Source: Eledone cirrhosa (taxonomy: Eukaryota). Taken from it: DNA of 63,829 nt. The stretch's first letter is position 1. Each line of letters begins with the position of its first letter. The notes beneath the pieces were generated by a model. It worked only from the letters and a program-made list of their open reading frames with translations, made no database searches and was not told where the DNA came from. Of this stretch, positions 44,717-63,829 are shown piece after piece. Where the stretch lies: the NCBI GenBank assembly GCA_964016885.1, contig OZ024743.1, positions 173,166,001 to 173,229,829 of the forward strand, written 5' to 3'. Both the position numbers and the translations under genes were made by a program.

Positions 44717-45483
44717 AAAAATGAAATTTCATTTCTCACTCTTAGTACGGCTGATACTTAAATACAAGTATGTATACGTACATACATATATACATATATG
44801 TATACAGACGTACAGTAGTATGTATATACATTGATACTTAAATACAAGTAAGCAGGAGTCTGTTACAAGGCGATACTACTGGAGTACACCATCTTTCCTA
44901 TAAACAAATCCTGCCTGTAAAGCTGCACCACAGCTAACCAACTTTTCTTTGTACTGACTCCTGCTTACAAGCTTTCATACTCTGCCTGTAAATCATGTAC
45001 TTGCACTGCTTGTGAATTGATGTATCTATGCTTGGTTTTTTTTTTGATCATGCTGAATAACACCCTCATTCATTTCTTGCTCTCCTCTCTCAACCTCCTT
45101 ATGATCTATTGCACCATTTATGTGATAAACTTTTGATGTAATTTTTCATGACATTATATGTACCATGTATTGTGTGTTGTTCTATACAGTGCTGGCCTGG
45201 GACCTCCCTACTTGTCCTTCATCCTTGTTCTGATGACTAGGCTCGATGGAGCCTGCAACCTTTGATATATTTTTGTTTATAGGCTCCGATGATTCCTGCC
45301 CTAGTGTATGGATGAAACACTGTTAGCAAATAAAACTATATTTCTAAGCCCTCTTTGGTTATTCCTAAACTTATAACGGCTCTGTAGTATACTAGTTATC
45401 TTACATTGAGCTAAAACCACACTGTCACACCAAGGACAATACATCTGTGTGTCTGTGCACATTAATATACTTGTCAACGAAAC

Positions 45484-45512
<29 letters not shown>

Positions 45513-45515
<3 letters not shown>

Positions 45516-45855
45516 TTATTCAGAATATTAATAAATGAAGACATTCACATAATCAAAATATATGTTTTATTATATATATTTTGAAGGTACTGTGCTGTTT
45601 TTTCAGTACGTCCTCGTCAGATAAAATACATGAATTGATGTATGACATACCTCAACGGTCTTGATGGTCCAATTCCAGTACTGCCAATACTGGAATTGAA
45701 CCATCAAGACCGTTGAGGTATGTCATACATCAATTCATGTATTTTATCTGACGAGGACGTACTGAAAAAACAGCACAGTACCTTCGAAATATATATAATA
45801 AAACATATATTTTGATTATGTGAATGTCTTCATTTATTAATATTCTGAATAATAT
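45513..45855. repeat. Near-perfect palindrome (about 168-bp arms, 7-nt spacer)
   Basis: Centre ccagta-ctgccaa-tactgg at 45675-45693. Confidence 0.93.
45737..45806 (+). ncRNA. Type I hammerhead ribozyme, canonical core
   Basis: ATGT(A)TTTTAT CTGACGA GGACGTACTG..CAGTACCTTC GAAA TATATA TA ATAAAACAT; predicted cleavage after 45797. Confidence 0.78.
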
Positions 45856-45955
45856 TAATAACTCCAGAAAACTTTATTGTAGAGTGCTTTTAATCTATTG
45901 TAAAACTATATTCATTGAGTAATCAATGAACCATATTAACTCTGGTTATATATAT

Positions 45956-46020
<65 letters not shown>

Positions 46021-46024
46021 TATA

Positions 46025-46064
<40 letters not shown>

Positions 46065-46089
46065 TATACTTATATATATATATACATGC

Positions 46090-46157
<68 letters not shown>

Positions 46158-46255
46158 TTATATATATATATATACATACACACACATATATATATATTTA
46201 TATATATATATATACACACATATATTATATTTATATATATATATATACACACACT

Positions 46256-46319
<64 letters not shown>

Positions 46320-46721
46320 TAATATATGGTGCCCCAGCATGGCCTCAGCCGGATGGCTGAAACAGGTAAAAGAGTATATATATATATATATATATACACA
46401 CACTTATATATATATATATATACACACACTTATATATATATATACACACACACACATATATATATACATATAGTTTTAATTGGGAGGCGAAACTAAACTC
46501 CATACGAGCCTCGTCTCTCACCTGCCTGCTTGACTAAAATAAATAAATAAATAAATAAATATGTTGACCAAACTACTTATCTTGCTGTTGTAGTCAACCT
46601 TTGTTAATATTCACACTGTGTCAGGCGCTCAGTAAACGGGCCACATATTCTGCTAAGCTCGAAGGAGAAAAGAACGATCGACGGAGAAGGTATATCGAGC
46701 ACATTCTTAGTAGCTGGAATC

Positions 46722-47048
46722 ATGCCGTTATTTGGGAAAAAAGCTAAAAAAGATGTCACTACTGATCAGACAAACAATGTGAATTCGACGACAGCTCAGA
46801 GCAACGTTCCAGTCTATGATGCGCCTTCTCAACAGCCGATGACAACAGGTAGCGATAGGAGCAAAAATGGCGTACCTGAACAACACTTGCCAACGACAAA
46901 TACAACGCCGACTCCTCCTCCAAGACCAAAACTTTCCTTTCAATGTCAACAAGCCCACGGGAGTCCTGTTGGAATCATATCAGGATTTACCAATGTTAAA
47001 GAACTCTACGGCCAAATTGCCGAATGTTACGACTTTGAACCTTGCGAC
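46722..47048 (+). CDS. GIPC: GIPC-family PDZ adaptor protein, first coding exon (109 codons, phase-0 donor GTGAGT at 47049)
   Basis: MPLFGKK...[34 protein letters not shown] matches the GIPC GH1 signature ([29 protein letters not shown]). The next exon was not seen in the window. Confidence 0.92.
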
Positions 47049-47323
47049 GTGAGTGAATATTTTTTTTTACTTCCTCTTCACCACCACCATATCTTTCTCT
47101 GACAATTTGTCAATTATTACGTAAAACACCCGAGTATGTATGTGTGCAGTTGTGGGTACAAACGAAAGAAAAGTGCAATCAACACGCAATGTGGAATTTG
47201 TGTGTTTTAATATTTTAGATATTAAGAGTTTGACTTAGTACTGAGTTAAGTCAAACTGTTTATATATATATATATATAGAGGTACGTTAAATCATGATGG
47301 TGACACACAAACACACACACACA

Positions 47324-47388
<65 letters not shown>

Positions 47389-47877
47389 GTTTTTCCCTGC
47401 TAGCAAGGGCCGAACGAGTCTTCACACATTTAGTACGTAGTCAATCGAGGCTACTTGACATCAAACAAGTCTGAGAGTCCTCATCTATGTGTTCTATCGC
47501 GTGCATTTATCGTAGCGCCAGCGCTATAGTGGTTGCCATATTTTTGAATCATCTGAAGGGCCTTCCCAATCGTGTTGGTATTGTTTTAACGGTTGGATGA
47601 ATGCCCTTCCTATCTCTAACCACACGAGGTAATGCTGTGAGCATACAAAATTATTAGAGAGGTTTCCCAGTGCTCCTCGCGATATCGTTATATTTTGCTC
47701 TAGCAGCGGTTCGTTTGTCTACCTCTTTCGCCTGCCTTTTGTTGTATGTGGTCCTAGATGTGTGCATTACCTGCTTGTGTTTTTTTCCTTTTTTTTTCTC
47801 TTTTTATTTGTAATATTATGTTGACGGTTTTGCCTTAAAACTTTACAGTATGTCCTGGGTGCGTTTATCGTATAGAT

Positions 47878-48294
47878 CATTAGTTCCTAAACTTTTTTCT
47901 CTGGGCAGCATTTTCGGAACAAAAATTTGCTCACGCCTCACCAAATTTTATGTGATAATAAGTACATTAGAAAAAAAAAAAAACGACTAATAGTGCGTTA
48001 AATATAATATATAACATAAATAACTTATAATATGATTACAGTACACAAATTTAATGAAAGGTACCAGCTTGTTGTTGACGTGTAATCTCCTTTATACTAG
48101 GCCTGATTTGAAATAAACAAACTCTCATCTCTACATCAACAAAAAGAAGCCTTTCACATTTTTGGTCTTTGATTTTTGGCATATGAGTTTTTTGAAACTA
48201 TTTCTAAATATTTGATTGTCTTTCAATCATTCCGCCTCACCTGCTATCCTCTTTCACCGTACCTCTTGGTCGCGATGCACCATTTGAACCACTG
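47878..48294. mobile_element. Possible degenerate hAT/Charlie-type MITE
   Basis: Ends cattagttcctaaac ... catttgaaccactg resemble CAGTGGTT-type terminal inverted repeats. Confidence 0.4.
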
Positions 48295-48295
48295 C

Positions 48296-48343
<48 letters not shown>

Positions 48344-48487
48344 ATGATATTAAATAAATGGAAAACTATATTTATAAAACCATATTTATTCTATTGTATA
48401 TATTTCAAGGGAACCAAGATATAAATTTTTTTATAAAGTTTTCCTTGGATAGTGCTTGAATTATCAACAAATTGAATATCCCTTCTG

Positions 48488-48522
<35 letters not shown>

Positions 48523-48567
48523 CATATATATATATATTGTTATACTTTGGGAGGGTCATATATAATA

Positions 48568-48681
<114 letters not shown>

Positions 48682-48834
48682 TTATATATATACATACATA
48701 TATATATATATATATAGTTATAATAATAAAATTGAAGACTAAAATCCAAAGAGGGCTCGATAAGGAAAATATATATCAAATATATAAGAACCGTAGAGCG
48801 CGATTCTTTGCTTAAACTTTAATCTGTTATATTA

Positions 48835-48875
<41 letters not shown>

Positions 48876-48876
48876 A

Positions 48877-48916
<40 letters not shown>

Positions 48917-48949
48917 GTATATATATATATACGTATATATATATATACG

Positions 48950-48987
<38 letters not shown>

Positions 48988-49341
48988 TACATATATATAT
49001 ATATATATGTATATATATACATATATATGTATATATGTATATGTATATATGTATGTATATATGTATATGTATATATATATATGTATATGTATATATGTAT
49101 ATGTATATATATATATGTATATGTATATATATGTATGTATATATATATATATATGTATATGTATATATATGTATATATATATATGTATATGTATATATAT
49201 ATATGTATATGTATATATATGTATATATATATATGTATATGTATATATATGTATATATATATATGTATGTATATATATGTATATATGTATATGTATATAT
49301 ATGTATATATATATATGTATATGTATATATATATGTATATG

Positions 49342-49378
<37 letters not shown>

Positions 49379-49395
49379 GTATATATATATATATG

Positions 49396-49427
<32 letters not shown>

Positions 49428-49435
49428 TTCATATG

Positions 49436-49467
<32 letters not shown>

Positions 49468-49470
49468 TTC

Positions 49471-49509
<39 letters not shown>

Positions 49510-49512
49510 TTC

Positions 49513-49549
<37 letters not shown>

Positions 49550-49789
49550 TTCATATATATATATATATATGTATATATATGTATATATGTATATATATGT
49601 ATATATGTATATATATGTATATATATGTATATATATGTATATATGTATATATATGTATATATATGTATATATATGTATATATGTATATATATGTATATAT
49701 ATGTATATATATGTATATATGTATATATATGTATATATGTATATATATGTATATATGTATATATGTATATATATATATATATGTATATA

Positions 49790-51571
49790 TGGGTGAGATA
49801 CTGCAGAAACAATACTGCTCTGTTTTCAGCAATCCTGATATGGCCGATCTGGGCTGTATCGGCGATGTTACTCCCCATTACACCTTATCGGACATAACGT
49901 TTAGCGCCCCTGATGTCTTAGCGGCAATAAAGGAAATCAAGCATAATTCAGCAGTAGGTCCCGATAGGTTCCCTGCTTGTGTCTTGAAGGCGTGTCAACA
50001 CCAACTTGCATCTTCTCTTGCCAATCTGTGGCGGAACTCACTGGATGCTGGATATGTGCCAGAAAACCTATCCCAGTCTGTTGTCCCAGTATTCAAAAAG
50101 GGAAACAAATCCCTTGCCGTGAATTACCGTCCAATCTCACTCACCTCTCATATCATTAAGGTATTTGAGAGAGTGGTGAGATCGCGAATGACCCACTTCC
50201 TTGAGAGTAACAATATGCTGAACTCCAACCAGCATGGATTCCGTAATGGAAGGGATTGCCTGACGCAGCTACTGCATCACTTTGATGACATTTTGAGAGC
50301 CTTGGGAGAGGGTTCCAACACTGATGTTATCTACCTTGATTTCAGCAAGGCCTTTGACAGGGTTGATCATAACATTCTACTGAGAAAGCTGTCCAATATT
50401 GGTGTCACTGGAAAGCTGCTGCAGTGGATCAAGAGCTTCCTGTCAAACAGAACCCAACATATTGTAGTTGAAGGAGTCAAATCCAGCCCAGCCAAAGTCA
50501 GTAGTGGGGTCCCACAAGGCACTGTGTTGGGCCCACTTCTCTTCATCATCTATATTAATGACATCACTGACATCATCAAACACAGCAACATTAAAATTTT
50601 CGCTGATGATTCCAAGCTCCAAAAGGTCATCAATGGCGTGGATGACCGGATAAGCCTTCAGTCAGACCTACTGGCTGTTACCCAATGGGCGCAAAAGAAC
50701 AACATGTTACTGAACGAAGACAAATTCGAACTGATCCACTTTGGAAAAGAGGATGCTCTGAAACTCCCGTACTCCCTTCCCTCCGGGGAAACTCTCGTGG
50801 CATCTAACAACATCAGAGACTTGGGAGTAACCGTGGACAGCAACATAAGCTGGGCCACGCATATAAGCAGCAAAGTTGACATGGCCCGCAGAATGTGTTC
50901 CTGGATCCTCAGAACCTTCCAGTCGAGAGATTCCCACACCATTATCCTTCTCTTCTCTACTTTTGCCCGACCACACCTTGAATACTGTTGTCCACTGTGG
51001 TCTCCCCACACGAAACAAAGTATCATGAAACTTGAAGCTCCTCAAAGGGCAATCACGAAAAAGATAGATGGCATGTCAGACCTTGACTACTGGGGTCGAC
51101 TAGAAAACCTGAAACTTTACTCACTCCAACGTCGCTGTGAGCGTTATATTATCTGCATGATGTGGAAAATGTTCCATCATCACTGCCCAAATGATGTTGG
51201 CATCGCCTTCAAGATACACCCAAGGCCTGGGCCCCGTGCTATCCGTCCCATACAAAAATCTAAATCGCAACTCATAACAACAATACGGCACAATTATTTC
51301 ACCTCAATCGGCCCTGCTCTCTTCAACATCACACCAGGACACGTCAAAACAGAAACTGACCACACAAAATTCAAGAAGTCTTTGGACAAATTCCTCCAAG
51401 TAATCCCGGACAAACCACCCACACCCGGTTATATCTCCGCAAACAGTAATTCTCTTCTCGAATGGGCCATGGTGCCCAAATCCTGAATTGAAAGACTTCG
51501 CCAGGTGGTGCTATTAAGTTAGACATGGCCTGGGCCAATACTGGCCAAAACATTTCAAAGTTATTCAAAGT
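49790..51571 (+). mobile_element. 5'-truncated CR1-like LINE, RT reading frame still open
   Basis: Open frame 49790-51486: [56 protein letters not shown]. Flanked by (TA)n. Confidence 0.92.
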
Positions 51572-63710
<12,139 letters not shown>

Positions 63711-63829
63711 CATCATCATCATCATCAACGTTTAACGTCCGTGTCCACGCTTGCATGGGTTTGGACGGGGGTAGTCCCACTTGAGGCAAGAGTGATTGTC
63801 TTGCTCGCATAGGACTGTCTGGCAGGTTT
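63711..63829 (-). mobile_element. 3' end of another 5808-family RTE, running off the window
   Basis: (CAT)n followed by cgtttaacgtccgtgtccacgcttgcatgggtttggacgg, as at 5333. Confidence 0.9.

Noticed and set aside
47049-47102. C-terminal VSEYFFLLPLHHHHIFL of the 126-aa ORF
   Set aside because: Read-through past the GTGAGT splice donor; GIPC similarity ends there.

Overview
AT-rich eukaryotic genomic DNA, probably from an octopod or other cephalopod. This is inferred from the repeat landscape: huge (TA)n tracts, RTE LINEs with (CAT)n tails, tRNA-derived SINEs and many Penelope-like elements. The only host gene I can support is the first coding exon of a GIPC-family PDZ adaptor gene (46722-47048, +); everything after it appears to be intron. 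The rest is mobile DNA, mostly inserted into (TA)n. It includes one apparently full-length RTE LINE (APE-RT ORF of 1006 aa with a PHD-like finger inserted in the RT) carrying 22 near-identical 202-bp tandem monomers at its 5' end. It also includes several decayed RTE copies, a 5'-truncated CR1-like RT, SINEs, and GIY-YIG Penelope-like elements with inverted pseudo-LTRs. About 20 type I hammerhead-ribozyme (HHR) motifs were found by eye. Several have a compensatory U3:A8 core, and several sit in ORF-less 0.3-0.6 kb units with partial tandem and inverted duplications that look like retrozymes or non-autonomous Penelope elements. A nested inverted duplication brackets about 12 kb of TA-rich intron. 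All calls are by eye; no database search or folding program was run.
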